Of a stretch of DNA of 27,144 bases, positions 16,473 through 25,901 are shown piece by piece (within the stretch, counting starts at the first letter, position 1; each line of letters opens with the position of its first letter). This DNA comes from a virus. Its lineage: Duplodnaviria; Caudoviricetes. The translations under genes were made by a program, and so were the position numbers. The notes beneath the pieces were generated by a model. The model saw nothing but the letters and a program-made list of their open reading frames with translations. It was not told the DNA's origin and made no database searches. Where the stretch lies: the IMG/VR virus record IMGVR_UViG_3300033067_001397, positions 1-27,144 of that record. One strand, written 5' to 3'.

Positions 16473-17396
16473 TCAAGCGGTCAACTGCGCGTACACCTCG
16501 CCGGGGTTGAAGTCCCACCCTTCGTCGGCGGACGGCGCGACCGTCTCGCCGTCGATGGTGCGCGGGTGCAGTCCGGTGGACTTCGCGCCGGGGTCGTCGT
16601 GGAAGATTTCAACCACGGTGCAGCGGCAGTTGTACCCGCACGGCGGCATCAGTTGTGCCCATCGCGGATCGTTCTTTTCCATCTTCACTCCGTCAAGCGC
16701 GGCATGGTTCGGGCGTACGCGGTCGTCGCCAACCGTCATGTATTCGTACCCCCACAGCACTTCCTGAATCGCGGGGTCGCTGTTCGCGGCCCACTGCCCC
16801 GCGCTGTACGCGACGGCGGTTTGGGTGCGAAACAGCGTCTCCACCGCGTATGGGCTCTGGTTCGTGATCCCCGCCGCGTCGAACGCATCGCGGATGCGGG
16901 CGATCCCCTGCGCGACGTGTTCGCCGTTGGCAACCGATTGGTACACGGCCTCCGACAACCGCCGCTCCACCGCGCCCGCGAAATGGCCGGTGACGGTGGT
17001 TGCCTCGGGGCCGAACGCGCGGGTGAGTTTCGACAGCAGCACGTCCGGCGCGTCCATCCGGTTCTGAAGGAACGTGAGCGCCTCGCGGAACGGATCGGCG
17101 GCGAGTGAGAGGGCGAGCTTCGCGCCGGACTTCGCGGCGGTCAGTTGGGCGCGACGGTACCCGGTGAGGTACGCGGCGGTCATGGATCGCGCGACGGCGG
17201 GCACGAGCAGAGACGTAGCGGCCTTGATGGTCCCCGCGACGGCCTCGGGGCTACCGAGTCGCTTGTATGCCTTGATCGCTTCGGCGCGGAGTCGAAGGCC
17301 GAACTGCCCGCCCGCGCCCACGCCAAGCCGCACGAGCCGCTCACGCTCGCGGTCTTTGGCCTCCGCCACCTTCGCCCGGGCGCTCGCTGTCAGCAT
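16473..17396 (-). CDS. Head morphogenesis protein (Mu gpF / SPP1 gp7 family)
   Basis: TLFRTQ, YMTVGDDRVRPNHAALDG, PPCGYNCRC. Confidence 0.93.
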   Translation of the reverse strand: MLTASARAKVAEAKDRERERLVRLGVGAGGQFGLRLRAEAIKAYKRLGSPEAVAGTIKAATSLLVPAVARSMTAAYLTGYRRAQLTAAKSGAKLALSLAADPFREALTFLQNRMDAPDVLLSKLTRAFGPEATTVTGHFAGAVERRLSEAVYQSVANGEHVAQGIARIRDAFDAAGITNQSPYAVETLFRTQTAVAYSAGQWAANSDPAIQEVLWGYEYMTVGDDRVRPNHAALDGVKMEKNDPRWAQLMPPCGYNCRCTVVEIFHDDPGAKSTGLHPRTIDGETVAPSADEGWDFNPGEVYAQLTA

Positions 17397-17616
17397 CGGC
17401 AAGCCCCTCCCGCATCAACGGCCCGTTGAGCAGTTGCCCGAGGGGGCCGGAGGAACCAGCCAACCGGCTTTCCATGTCCTCCAACTGCGCGAGAACGTCG
17501 AGGATTTCCGTTACCTTCCCGTCGTGAATCTGACGCACGAGCCGGCGGTACCGACGAAAGAACAGCACCGCTTCCGGGCTGGCGAATGCGTCGAATCTGA
17601 CGGGCAGGGTGGGCAC
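17341..17616 (-). CDS. Hypothetical protein between portal and gpF
   Basis: Fills a ~240-bp gap with an amphipathic helical sequence; GTG start and overlap with gpF make it uncertain. Confidence 0.5.
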   Translation of the reverse strand: MPTLPVRFDAFASPEAVLFFRRYRRLVRQIHDGKVTEILDVLAQLEDMESRLAGSSGPLGQLLNGPLMREGLADADSERPGEGGGGQRPRA

Positions 17617-17636
17617 GCGGGCACATTCTAGGGCTC

Positions 17637-19094
17637 CTACCGCAAGCCACCGCTCCGGCGGGCGAGGGCGGCGGCAAGGGGGGAATCGCTGGGATGCTGG
17701 GGATTCCCGGGGCCTTGCGGGGGCGTCCCCTGCGGCGCGGCGGGGTCGGTCGCCGGGGCGTTCGGGTCAGCCGTCGGCGTGGTCTTCAACGCCTCCTGAT
17801 TCACCGTCTCTGTCAACTTCGGAACGCCCGCTTGATCGAGGGCCGCGTCGAGGTCGAGCGTCGAGAGCATCAGGTCCAGGTTCCCGGGCTGCGTCAACAC
17901 CTGCGCGATGAGGTTGCGGAGGAACTGGCGATCCGCGTCCACGATCGGCGCGGCCTCAGCGCGAACCTTCTTCGCGTACTGCGGCCCGTAGTTGTACGCC
18001 ATCGTGGGTTCAACGATCTGCGTGTTGATCGCGCGAATGATTTCATCCAGCGTTTCCTGCGCCGCGGCGATGGCGATATCTGCGTGGGCTCCCGCCTCGG
18101 CCAACGTCCCGTGCTGCCCCTCCAGCGCGACGCGCTCGGGCACCAACCACCCGCGCATCATCAGGGAGTCGAGGTACCGCATCGCTTCGAGGAACTCGGC
18201 ACCGTGGCCGGACTTCGTTTCAAGGAAAGAGATGGTCCACGCCATCAACTGCGAGGGGTCTACGCCGCGTGCGACTGCGGCTTCGGCCCACGGCGCGAGG
18301 ACGCGGGGCATCGTGATACCCGCACCCGACGACAGATTCTTCAGCACCTCGGCGGCGATCAGGTGATTGGGGCGGTCGCCGCTCTGCGTGGGCGACACGC
18401 CGCCGGGGTGCGTCACCATCGGGATAACGCCAGCGGCTTTCTGGAAGTATTGCGCGTTCCGCTTCGCGGTGGTCACGTACTCGTTCCACGCATGCCGCAC
18501 GTTCTCGGAGCGGGCGCGGCCGTACCAGTCGTCACCCTCCACGTCGTTGCTCATCAGGAAACACCGGGACCGCTCCAGCGTCACCGATCCCTGACGCAAG
18601 CCGTTGAACGCGCCCGTCTGCGTGACGACGATGGTGGTGAGTTCGGGGAGTAGGGGCTTGAACTTGCCCAACACCCACGCGCCGGCCTTTTCCTTCCACA
18701 CCAACTCCGCCGACTGCCAGCCGTAGTCGAGGGCGAAGAGGCACGTACGGACGATGCCGGCCCAGAGCGGGTCTACCGAATCCTGGAGCAGCTGCACGGC
18801 GTCCGGCGGTGCGTCGTCGTCGGCCTTCCACGACCAGCTCGCACCCTTGATCGGTGCGGTCGCGGCGGCGCGGGCGAGCGCGATGGTGGGATTCGTCCGC
18901 ATCGCGCGGTACGTGTCATAGTCGCCGGGGGGCGGCTCGGGGAACTCGAAGCCGCCGAACGCGAACGATTGAACGTGCCCGACTTGGCGGCCGGTGAGTT
19001 CGGCGCCCGCGGGTCCGGTCGGTGCAGGCGCGGCGGTGGTTGTCTTGGGGGGGCGCTTCGCCATGCGTTGCACCGTAGCCGCTAAAGGTTCCAT
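17637..19094 (-). CDS. Portal protein (Mu gp29 / DUF935-like)
   Basis: ALDYGWQSAELVW, WYG, GTLAEAGAH, INTQIV motifs; follows TerL; start may be at 19064. Confidence 0.88.
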   Translation of the reverse strand: MEPLAATVQRMAKRPPKTTTAAPAPTGPAGAELTGRQVGHVQSFAFGGFEFPEPPPGDYDTYRAMRTNPTIALARAAATAPIKGASWSWKADDDAPPDAVQLLQDSVDPLWAGIVRTCLFALDYGWQSAELVWKEKAGAWVLGKFKPLLPELTTIVVTQTGAFNGLRQGSVTLERSRCFLMSNDVEGDDWYGRARSENVRHAWNEYVTTAKRNAQYFQKAAGVIPMVTHPGGVSPTQSGDRPNHLIAAEVLKNLSSGAGITMPRVLAPWAEAAVARGVDPSQLMAWTISFLETKSGHGAEFLEAMRYLDSLMMRGWLVPERVALEGQHGTLAEAGAHADIAIAAAQETLDEIIRAINTQIVEPTMAYNYGPQYAKKVRAEAAPIVDADRQFLRNLIAQVLTQPGNLDLMLSTLDLDAALDQAGVPKLTETVNQEALKTTPTADPNAPATDPAAPQGTPPQGPGNPQHPSDSPLAAALARRSGGLR

Positions 19095-20539
19095 TGTCCC
19101 GACGGGATTTCGAGCCGTCCGCCGGCGGGCCGCACGAACGCAACCTGATACCCGAGTGCGTCGCTGGCGTGGCTCAACCGCCGGTGCGCCTTGTCGATTT
19201 CGCCCGCCGCGTCAAGCCGCAACTCGCGGAAGTCGGTGAGCAGGCGGGTACACGACGGATGGACGAACAGGTGCCGCGCCCCGCTCTGGTCTACAAGGGC
19301 ATCGTTCATCGCCGCGATGCGGTCGGTGACGGGCGGGTTCGCCTTGGGAACGAGCATCACGGGCGAGAGTCCAAGGGCCGTCAACCGCTGGCGGATCAGG
19401 GCGAGTGCGGAGTCGCCGTGGTTCACCTGCGCGGCCCCGCCGCTGGCGTCGGCGTACACCTCCAACCGCCCGGACGCGAGCTTGGGCCGTTCGGCAAGGT
19501 ACTTCGCCAGCACGTCGAGGCATTGCCCGAGGTTCATGCGGTCGCCGTGAATCTCGCGGACCACGGCGAAGCGGTCGCGGAAGGTGTCGTACTGCGAAAC
19601 GAGGGCGTGCATCCCGGGGTTGATGTTGAAGTCGAACGCCACGCACAGGGGCAAGCCGGGCACGAGTTCGGCCTTGGGGTCGATGTTCGCCTCGTCGAAG
19701 GACGGGTAGACCATGCCCTGCCCGATGGCCGTTGGTGCCTGCTGGTACTTCGCCGCCCATTGGTGCGGGCCGACGGCAAGGCGGGTCGCCTCCCACTCCG
19801 CCGCGCTGTACCGCTCGGGGCATAGGGGCTCGCCCACCTTGCGGCCCATCGGGTCGCCGGGTTCCGCGAACGCGGGAAGGCGAACGTGTGTCCACCGCGC
19901 CCCGTCCTCGCCCCGGAGGATTTCGCCCGTCAGGTCGTCGGGGTGCCATCGGTGGTGCAGAACCACGATGGTCCCGCCCGGCTCCACTCGGTCAAGAAAC
20001 GTGCCCCGCCACCAGTCCGAGAGCGTCTGCCGGTACGTGTGCGAGTACGCGGCCTGCCACGTCGGATACGGGTCGTCGAGCAGGCACAGGTCGCCGCCGA
20101 AGCCGGTGATACCCGAGCCCACGCCGCCCGTCTTCATGCCCCCGCCCGCGCTCGTGTGCCACTGGTCCGCCGCCTTGGAATCATCGCTCATCTTGACGCG
20201 GAGGCGGGGGTTGGTGGCGATCTCGTTGCGAATCTGACGGCCCGACACCGCGCCGAGGTCCGCGCCGTGGGCGCAGAGCAGGCAGCGTTTGGACGGCCAG
20301 GACTCGAGGAACCAGATCGGGAGCCACTTGGAGAGGAACAGCGACTTGCCCACCCGGGGGGGCATGTTGATGAGCAGGCGGGAGCCGGGGGTTCGGGTCG
20401 CGGCGCGGATGACGTTGGACACGTACCGCAGGTGTGGGTACTGCTTCCACGCCCCGCCCGAAGCCCACGCCGCGAACGTGTGCGGCGAGGTCGTTGCAAG
20501 GTCACGAATCCCGAGTCCTTCAAGGGCGGTTGGTACCAT
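19082..20539 (-). CDS. terL: Terminase large subunit
   Basis: Walker A NMPPRVGKS, Walker B LLDDP, RWHPDDL, YQQAP, nuclease AFDFN and HASDALGY. Confidence 0.95.
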   Translation of the reverse strand: MVPTALEGLGIRDLATTSPHTFAAWASGGAWKQYPHLRYVSNVIRAATRTPGSRLLINMPPRVGKSLFLSKWLPIWFLESWPSKRCLLCAHGADLGAVSGRQIRNEIATNPRLRVKMSDDSKAADQWHTSAGGGMKTGGVGSGITGFGGDLCLLDDPYPTWQAAYSHTYRQTLSDWWRGTFLDRVEPGGTIVVLHHRWHPDDLTGEILRGEDGARWTHVRLPAFAEPGDPMGRKVGEPLCPERYSAAEWEATRLAVGPHQWAAKYQQAPTAIGQGMVYPSFDEANIDPKAELVPGLPLCVAFDFNINPGMHALVSQYDTFRDRFAVVREIHGDRMNLGQCLDVLAKYLAERPKLASGRLEVYADASGGAAQVNHGDSALALIRQRLTALGLSPVMLVPKANPPVTDRIAAMNDALVDQSGARHLFVHPSCTRLLTDFRELRLDAAGEIDKAHRRLSHASDALGYQVAFVRPAGGRLEIPSGQWNL

Positions 20540-20933
20540 CGGACCCCGCTTCGATTCTGGCCTGCTCGCGGGCCAAGAGACGTTCCGCCAACGCTACCGC
20601 GGCGTCCTGCGCCGCCGGGTCGTCGCCGATGAGGTCCGCGAGGTTCGGCCCGATCCCGTCGCGGGCAATGGCGTTGGACTCGCGGCCGAGTTCCACCTTC
20701 GCCGCGTCCATCCGGTCGGAGGCGTTCGCGCGGTCCATTTGCACCAACACCTGAAGCGCCCGCAGCCTCGCCTTGTCGGGCTTGTTTTTGTCGCACGCGA
20801 TGGCGATGGCGATGGACGGGAGCTTCGCCTTCACGTCGGGGCGAATGTCCCAACCCTCGCGGATGGCCTTCATAATCAGTGCGAAGGACTCGTGCCCGAG
20901 ATGATCGGCGGAACTTGTCAGGGCGTCACTCAT
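20520..20933 (-). CDS. Putative terminase small subunit
   Basis: 137 aa helical protein overlapping the TerL start; positional call. Confidence 0.65.
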   Translation of the reverse strand: MSDALTSSADHLGHESFALIMKAIREGWDIRPDVKAKLPSIAIAIACDKNKPDKARLRALQVLVQMDRANASDRMDAAKVELGRESNAIARDGIGPNLADLIGDDPAAQDAAVALAERLLAREQARIEAGSDGTNRP

Positions 20934-22269
20934 TGGGCAGCGTCACCCCCCGTTCGGCGGCAACCTCCGCGAACGTCTTGCCGTTGAGCGTCGCGGCCTT
21001 GCCCGTGAGTTTCTGCCAGCGTCGTACACCAACGTCTACGTACCTCGGCTCAATCTCGATGGCGTAGCACTTGCGGCCCAACTGCTCGGCGGCGATGATG
21101 GTGGTGCCGGAGCCGGAGAATGGTTCGTACACGTCGTCGTCTTTGCCGCCGTGATTGCGGATGGGGCGGGCCATGATCTCTACGGGTTTCTGGGTTCCGT
21201 GATTGGTCTGTGCGTCATCGGGGTTGGCCCCGCTCATGTTGATCGTTTGAACATCCCACACGGTTGATTGGCTGCGGTCGCCACACCACTTGGATGTACG
21301 CCCTTTCCGCACGGCGTACCAGCATGGCTCGTGCTGCCAGTGGTAATGGCCACGAGAAATGGCGAACAACGGCTTTTTCCAAATGATCGACGAGCGGATC
21401 TGGAAGCCCGCTTTGAGCAGGTCGGTGCCAACCTCAATGGCACGCGTAGAACCGTGCCACACGTAGGCCACGTCGCCGGGAAACAGCGTCCACGCCTCTG
21501 TCCAGTCCGCGCGGTCATCGTTGGCAACCACGCCAAGGCGTTTAGCGCCGAACCCAATCAGCCCCTTTTCCGCCGCGTCCTTCCGCCACTCGGGGTCGTA
21601 CTCCACCCCATACGGCGGATCGGTCACCATGATGAACGGCTTTGCACCGCCAAGGCACAGCGTCACGTCCTCGGGCTTCGTCGAATCACCACACAACAGC
21701 CGATGCTCCCCCATCACCCACAGGTCGCCCATCCTGCTCACCGGGTCCGGCAACGGCTCCGGGGCATCGTCCTCGGTAATCTGCCGATCCTCCACGCTGG
21801 CAATCAACTTGCGTAGATCATCCTCGGTGAACCCCGTATCAGGCAACGCCTCATCCGGCAGGGAATCGAGCAGGCCCGCCAATACCGGCTCATCCCATTC
21901 GGCCAGCTCCGCCGTCCGGTTGTCCGCGATGGCGAACGCGGTTGCATCCACGCTCGCCTCATCAACCACCACGGCGGCAACGTGTGACCACCCGAGCGAA
22001 CGGGCGGCGGTCACAGTGCCGTTACCGGCCCGGACGATCATCCCGGCTTTCTGCACTACCACCGGCTTCCGCTGGCCGAACCGGCGCAGGCTCGCGGCGA
22101 TGGCGTCAAGGTTCCGCTCGGGGTGCTTGCGGGCGTTCGCGGGGTCTAGAACGAGGTCAACCACCGGGACGGCGAGCGGGCGGAGTGCTTCGGCGATGTG
22201 CGTGAGGCCGCCCCCAGACCCCCGACCCGCACCGGGCATCGTATCGCCAAGCGGGGCAGACACGCTCAT
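20926..22269 (-). CDS. ParB-N domain fused to N6A/N4C DNA methyltransferase (beta class)
   Basis: DPANARKH...FGQRKPVVV...AGNG...ADNRTAELAEWD; HRLLCGDS, TDPPY, HGTQKP, PFSGSGTT; ATGA overlap sets the start at 22269. Confidence 0.93.
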   Translation of the reverse strand: MSVSAPLGDTMPGAGRGSGGGLTHIAEALRPLAVPVVDLVLDPANARKHPERNLDAIAASLRRFGQRKPVVVQKAGMIVRAGNGTVTAARSLGWSHVAAVVVDEASVDATAFAIADNRTAELAEWDEPVLAGLLDSLPDEALPDTGFTEDDLRKLIASVEDRQITEDDAPEPLPDPVSRMGDLWVMGEHRLLCGDSTKPEDVTLCLGGAKPFIMVTDPPYGVEYDPEWRKDAAEKGLIGFGAKRLGVVANDDRADWTEAWTLFPGDVAYVWHGSTRAIEVGTDLLKAGFQIRSSIIWKKPLFAISRGHYHWQHEPCWYAVRKGRTSKWCGDRSQSTVWDVQTINMSGANPDDAQTNHGTQKPVEIMARPIRNHGGKDDDVYEPFSGSGTTIIAAEQLGRKCYAIEIEPRYVDVGVRRWQKLTGKAATLNGKTFAEVAAERGVTLPNE

Positions 22270-22598
22270 TGGCCGTCCCCCTTGCCTCCCATCGCATCCG
22301 GCATCGCCCCATCTTCGGCTTGCGGGCGGAGGGCCAGCGCGAGGCGGTCGGTGAAGTTGAACAGGTTGGCCACCTCGTTCTGTGCCCGGGCGTTCATCGC
22401 GTTCGCGTGCTGAGCCGCCTGCGCGTGCGTTGCCCCGTTGGAGCGTACCTCCCCGTTCGCGGTCGCCAGCGCGAGGCGCGGCCCCTGCTGGGCGTGTGCG
22501 GTCGCTTCGGCGGCGATGCAAAGCGACTCGCGGACGTTGCGGGCCGCGAGTTCGATCAGGGTGAGAAGGTGAAGTATCGGGGGTGTCTGCTGGGCCAT
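22266..22598 (-). CDS. Hypothetical helical protein
   Basis: AAGGA SD; ATGA coupling to the methyltransferase. Confidence 0.75.
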   Translation of the reverse strand: MAQQTPPILHLLTLIELAARNVRESLCIAAEATAHAQQGPRLALATANGEVRSNGATHAQAAQHANAMNARAQNEVANLFNFTDRLALALRPQAEDGAMPDAMGGKGDGQ

Positions 22599-22602
22599 CG
22601 GG

Positions 22603-22699
22603 GTTCCTTGCGTAAGGGGTGCGGAGAGAGGGGCGGGCGCTCACGCGGGGAGCGCGATACGGCTAGGCCGACAAGGAACGGCCGCCCACGCCCGCCCCT
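22603..22699 (-). promoter_or_regulatory. Candidate structured leader RNA able to sequester the SD
   Basis: 11-bp outer stem, inner hairpin whose loop is complementary to the SD region. Confidence 0.5.
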
Positions 22700-22708
22700 T
22701 GGAGGATG

Positions 22709-22743
22709 AAAACCCGCCGCCGGGCATGTCTGCCCGGCGCGGG
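22709..22743 (-). terminator. Intrinsic terminator after the beta-helix gene
   Basis: CCCGC-GCCGGGCA-gaca-TGCCCGGC-G-GCGGG-TTTT. Confidence 0.75.
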
Positions 22744-22759
22744 GTGCGAGGATGATGAA

Positions 22760-23677
22760 TCAGGAGTCGGCGGCGGGGTCCAAGATGCCGTTCTTGTTGA
22801 CAGCGTTGGTGGTGTAGTTCTCGGCTCCGTAGCAGTTGGCGAGGGCGAAGGTGGCGGCCTGCGAGGTGAAGCCCACGCCCGCGCGGTTGTCGCACACGAA
22901 CCCGGTGGAGTTCGCGGCAAGCAGCACGGCGGATACCTGGGTGGTGCCGCCCAACTGGACGAAGGTGTTGTTCTTGATGAGGCACCGCACCACGGCCGTC
23001 GAGCCGTTGATGGTCGCGGTGGTGGCCCCGTTGAACAGGGTCAAGTAGAAGTCGTTGTTCTCGATCACGGTGTCGTCGGTGCCGACGAGTTCGATCCACA
23101 ACTGGGCCGAGCCCGCCGCGGTGGTCTGGCGGTGACGGCAGTTGCGGATGGTGAGCTGGTCCGCCGCCGCCGTGGTGAGCAGGAACTGGATGATCTGGGC
23201 CGAGGTCGTCTCGAAGACGTTTACCGTGTCCAGCGTCACGCCCGCGGCGCTGACGACGAACATGGAGACGAGTTCATCCACACTGGACGTACACCGGATG
23301 TTCTCGACGCTGCACGAAGCGGCCGAGATGGTGAATGTCGAGCCGGTGGTGGACCAGGTGAAGGTCGGGCGGTTGGCCCCGTTGCCGAGGCCGATGACCG
23401 ACACCCCCGCTACGTCGAGGGCGATGGCCCCCGCGCTGGCGATGGTTTCGGCGTGGCCGGGCATCAGGTAAATGACGTCGCCGTTGCTGGCCGTGCAGCG
23501 ACCGATGGCGTAGTCGAGGGTGGCGAACGGCGTCTCGGGCGCGAGGCCGGAGCCGGCGCTGTCGGACTTCGTAGCCGAGGTGGACGAAACGTAAAAGACG
23601 TTTCCGGTGGTGAACTTGGCCCCGATCTTGCGGGCCTCCGTCTTGGCGATGGCGCCTGTGCGTGCAACGCTGGGCAT
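22760..23677 (-). CDS. Right-handed beta-helix (pectin lyase fold) protein
   Basis: VFYVSS...GLAPETPFATLDYAI...GDVIYLMPGH...IGLG; IRNC/IENNDF/IKNNTF rungs; AGGAG SD. Confidence 0.85.
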   Translation of the reverse strand: MPSVARTGAIAKTEARKIGAKFTTGNVFYVSSTSATKSDSAGSGLAPETPFATLDYAIGRCTASNGDVIYLMPGHAETIASAGAIALDVAGVSVIGLGNGANRPTFTWSTTGSTFTISAASCSVENIRCTSSVDELVSMFVVSAAGVTLDTVNVFETTSAQIIQFLLTTAAADQLTIRNCRHRQTTAAGSAQLWIELVGTDDTVIENNDFYLTLFNGATTATINGSTAVVRCLIKNNTFVQLGGTTQVSAVLLAANSTGFVCDNRAGVGFTSQAATFALANCYGAENYTTNAVNKNGILDPAADS

Positions 23678-23752
23678 GGGGGGAACTCCTACGGGTGCTG
23701 CGGACGTTTCCCCCGTCCGCGAATGGGGAGCCGGTGGTACCGGCCTTGTGGT

Positions 23753-24421
23753 CTATCGCGTCAGCTCAACGATGGCGTTGAGGCCCGTGACGTTGGCAAC
23801 GAGGTCGAACTCGATGATGAACCCTGTGACGCCGCCGCCGAAGTCGGGGATGACCAGTTCGGCGGAGGTGTTGTCGGCGGGGCTGTAGACGGTCATCGCG
23901 CCCAGGCCGTACGCGGTTTCGTACGTGTCGGCCTTGCCAGCCGGGGTGGTGGCGTTGGTGCAGAGCGTCGCCGTGATCGCGTCCGCCATGAACTCGGAGG
24001 CCGTCACCTGGTCGTTGGTGCTGCCAGCGCCGGTGCCGATGGTGGCGGTGCCGTAGCAGAACCCCGAGAGTTCTCCAGCGACGGCCGCGGAAAGGTCGGG
24101 CTCGGGACGAATCGCCGTCAGGGGCAGGACTGCGCGGAACGTCCAGATTCGGTAGTTGGGCACGGTGTTGTTGCTGCTCGCGCCGGTGCCGAAAATCTGA
24201 ATCCGCGCGCCCCGGTACGGCCCAAGCTGCTGCACCTTCCAGTTGGGGGAACCAGTGGACGACAGCGCGGCGGCGTACAGGACGTACAACTCGCCATCGA
24301 CGCGGGTGATGTCGCCCCGGCGTCCGTTGGCGAGCGCGGGCGAAACGGTCGTGAAGTCGGTTTGCGCGCTGTTGGTGGTGAGGTAGCGGCGCTGGCCTGA
24401 GGTTCGGGTGTTGAGGCTCAT
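23753..24421 (-). CDS. Hypothetical beta-rich Thr/Ala-rich protein, probably structural
   Basis: GAGGG SD; in operon between SGNH and beta-helix genes. Confidence 0.75.
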   Translation of the reverse strand: MSLNTRTSGQRRYLTTNSAQTDFTTVSPALANGRRGDITRVDGELYVLYAAALSSTGSPNWKVQQLGPYRGARIQIFGTGASSNNTVPNYRIWTFRAVLPLTAIRPEPDLSAAVAGELSGFCYGTATIGTGAGSTNDQVTASEFMADAITATLCTNATTPAGKADTYETAYGLGAMTVYSPADNTSAELVIPDFGGGVTGFIIEFDLVANVTGLNAIVELTR

Positions 24422-24443
24422 GGGTTGCCCTCTGTGGGGTTGG

Positions 24444-25892
24444 TCACTCTTCGAGGAAAACGGGGCGGCGGGGGACTCGGCCCCGGGTCGTGTATCTGTA
24501 ATCCGTTGCGCGGTCCAGCGCGTCTAGGAACGCCATACCGAGCGTGTTGCCGTATGTCTCTTGATCCGGGTGCAGCGTGTCGAACGGCGCGGCCTCGTTG
24601 AAGTAGTTGAAAAACGAGAACCACGAGCCCGCGTTGGCGACGGCAAGCGCCTCGTATGCGGCCTGCATGGATCGCCCGCCCGCGACGCCTTGTGTGGACA
24701 TGAAGTTCGATTCAACCGACGAGTACCACGGCGTGACAATGACAAGGTGCAACGTCCCGGTCGGGTGTGCCGCCGCGTACGCCGCCTTGATCTTCGTCAG
24801 CACGTTCTGCCATGAGGTCGAGAACGCCGCCGTGACCACGCCGCCGCTCGCCTGCGTGCAGTTGTGCCCGAGCATAATGCACATCACGGTGACTTTGTTG
24901 GGCACGAGTACCGACGCGGTGAAGTATTCCTGCCATTGGGTCTGACTCCAATAGCCAGTCTCAAACCGCGTAATCTCGGCACCCGAACGCCCGAACGAGT
25001 CGTATCCCGCGCCGGAGTTCGCACCGTCGCTGTTGTTCCAGGTGATCGCGTCGTTTGAGTCACAGCGGGCGTAGATGATGCTCGTGAGGATGATGGACTT
25101 GCCGGATTCGTCGTAGCCGGTAGTTCCCCTGAACCCGCACTCTACCGTGTGATCGTTGATGAGGCCGGGCGAGGCGTTGTAGTTGCCCGCGTCCGCGACG
25201 CTCGGGCTGTACCCGATGTTCTGGATGGTGGCCGTGTCCGCGATGGCGCAGGTCGTCCACGATGGCGAGCCGGTTACGTCGCCGCCCACGCGCCGACAGC
25301 CAATGTCAATGGAGGTCCACCCGTTGCCCGCCGATTGGCCCTGCGCAATGGCCCCAACCTTCATCCGGTCGGTTCCGGTGCCCGCGTGGTACCACGGCTT
25401 GCCGCCGATAGACGCGATCATCGGCCACGGGAAGTTCTGTGACGCAGCCGCGATGCTGTCGGCTGATACCCGCTCCAAACGCCAGCCGCCGTTGCCGTTA
25501 TTCGGCGCGGTCCACGTCATGTCGGTACTGGTGACGTTGCCGGTGGTGTACAACTTGATCGTCGGGCATCCAAGTACGGGCGTCGCTACCGGCGTGCTTC
25601 CGCTGGTAACGTCCGAAGCCGACGCGCCGGACACGGTGTATGTCCCGCTCGCGGCGGAGTCATTCATGCCAAGGCTGACGTTGTGCGCGTACGTGCGGGT
25701 CTTGGTGCCGACCACGTTGCTAATCACGTAGTTCCAGCGGATCGGCAACTTCTCGCATATCTGACGCGAGGGCATCACGAAATCTCGGTTGAGGTAGGAG
25801 TTAGAATCGCCTACCCACAGCAGGTGGCAGCACCCCGAGCGGATAAGTCTTGCGGCTGTGGCGAAGTTCCCGCCGTAGATTTTGAGTGCCAT
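24444..25892 (-). CDS. SGNH/GDSL hydrolase with a large inserted beta domain
   Basis: Block I VGDSN, block II GRSG, block III LGHN, block V DTLHP. Confidence 0.8.
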   Translation of the reverse strand: MALKIYGGNFATAARLIRSGCCHLLWVGDSNSYLNRDFVMPSRQICEKLPIRWNYVISNVVGTKTRTYAHNVSLGMNDSAASGTYTVSGASASDVTSGSTPVATPVLGCPTIKLYTTGNVTSTDMTWTAPNNGNGGWRLERVSADSIAAASQNFPWPMIASIGGKPWYHAGTGTDRMKVGAIAQGQSAGNGWTSIDIGCRRVGGDVTGSPSWTTCAIADTATIQNIGYSPSVADAGNYNASPGLINDHTVECGFRGTTGYDESGKSIILTSIIYARCDSNDAITWNNSDGANSGAGYDSFGRSGAEITRFETGYWSQTQWQEYFTASVLVPNKVTVMCIMLGHNCTQASGGVVTAAFSTSWQNVLTKIKAAYAAAHPTGTLHLVIVTPWYSSVESNFMSTQGVAGGRSMQAAYEALAVANAGSWFSFFNYFNEAAPFDTLHPDQETYGNTLGMAFLDALDRATDYRYTTRGRVPRRPVFLEE

Positions 25893-25901
25893 ATGTATAC
25901 C

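Noticed and set aside
3605-20933. Gene transfer agent, tailocin or contractile injection system
   Set aside because: Flanked by early genes, a methyltransferase and a RuvC-like gene as in a full phage; has a head and no recognisable sheath
22270-22644. N-terminal extension of the 572-aa methyltransferase ORF
   Set aside because: Overlaps the 22266..22598 gene; ATGA coupling supports the start at 22269
22706-24400. 564-aa plus-strand ORF and similar long plus-strand ORFs
   Set aside because: Antisense shadows of GC-rich minus-strand genes, with no motifs
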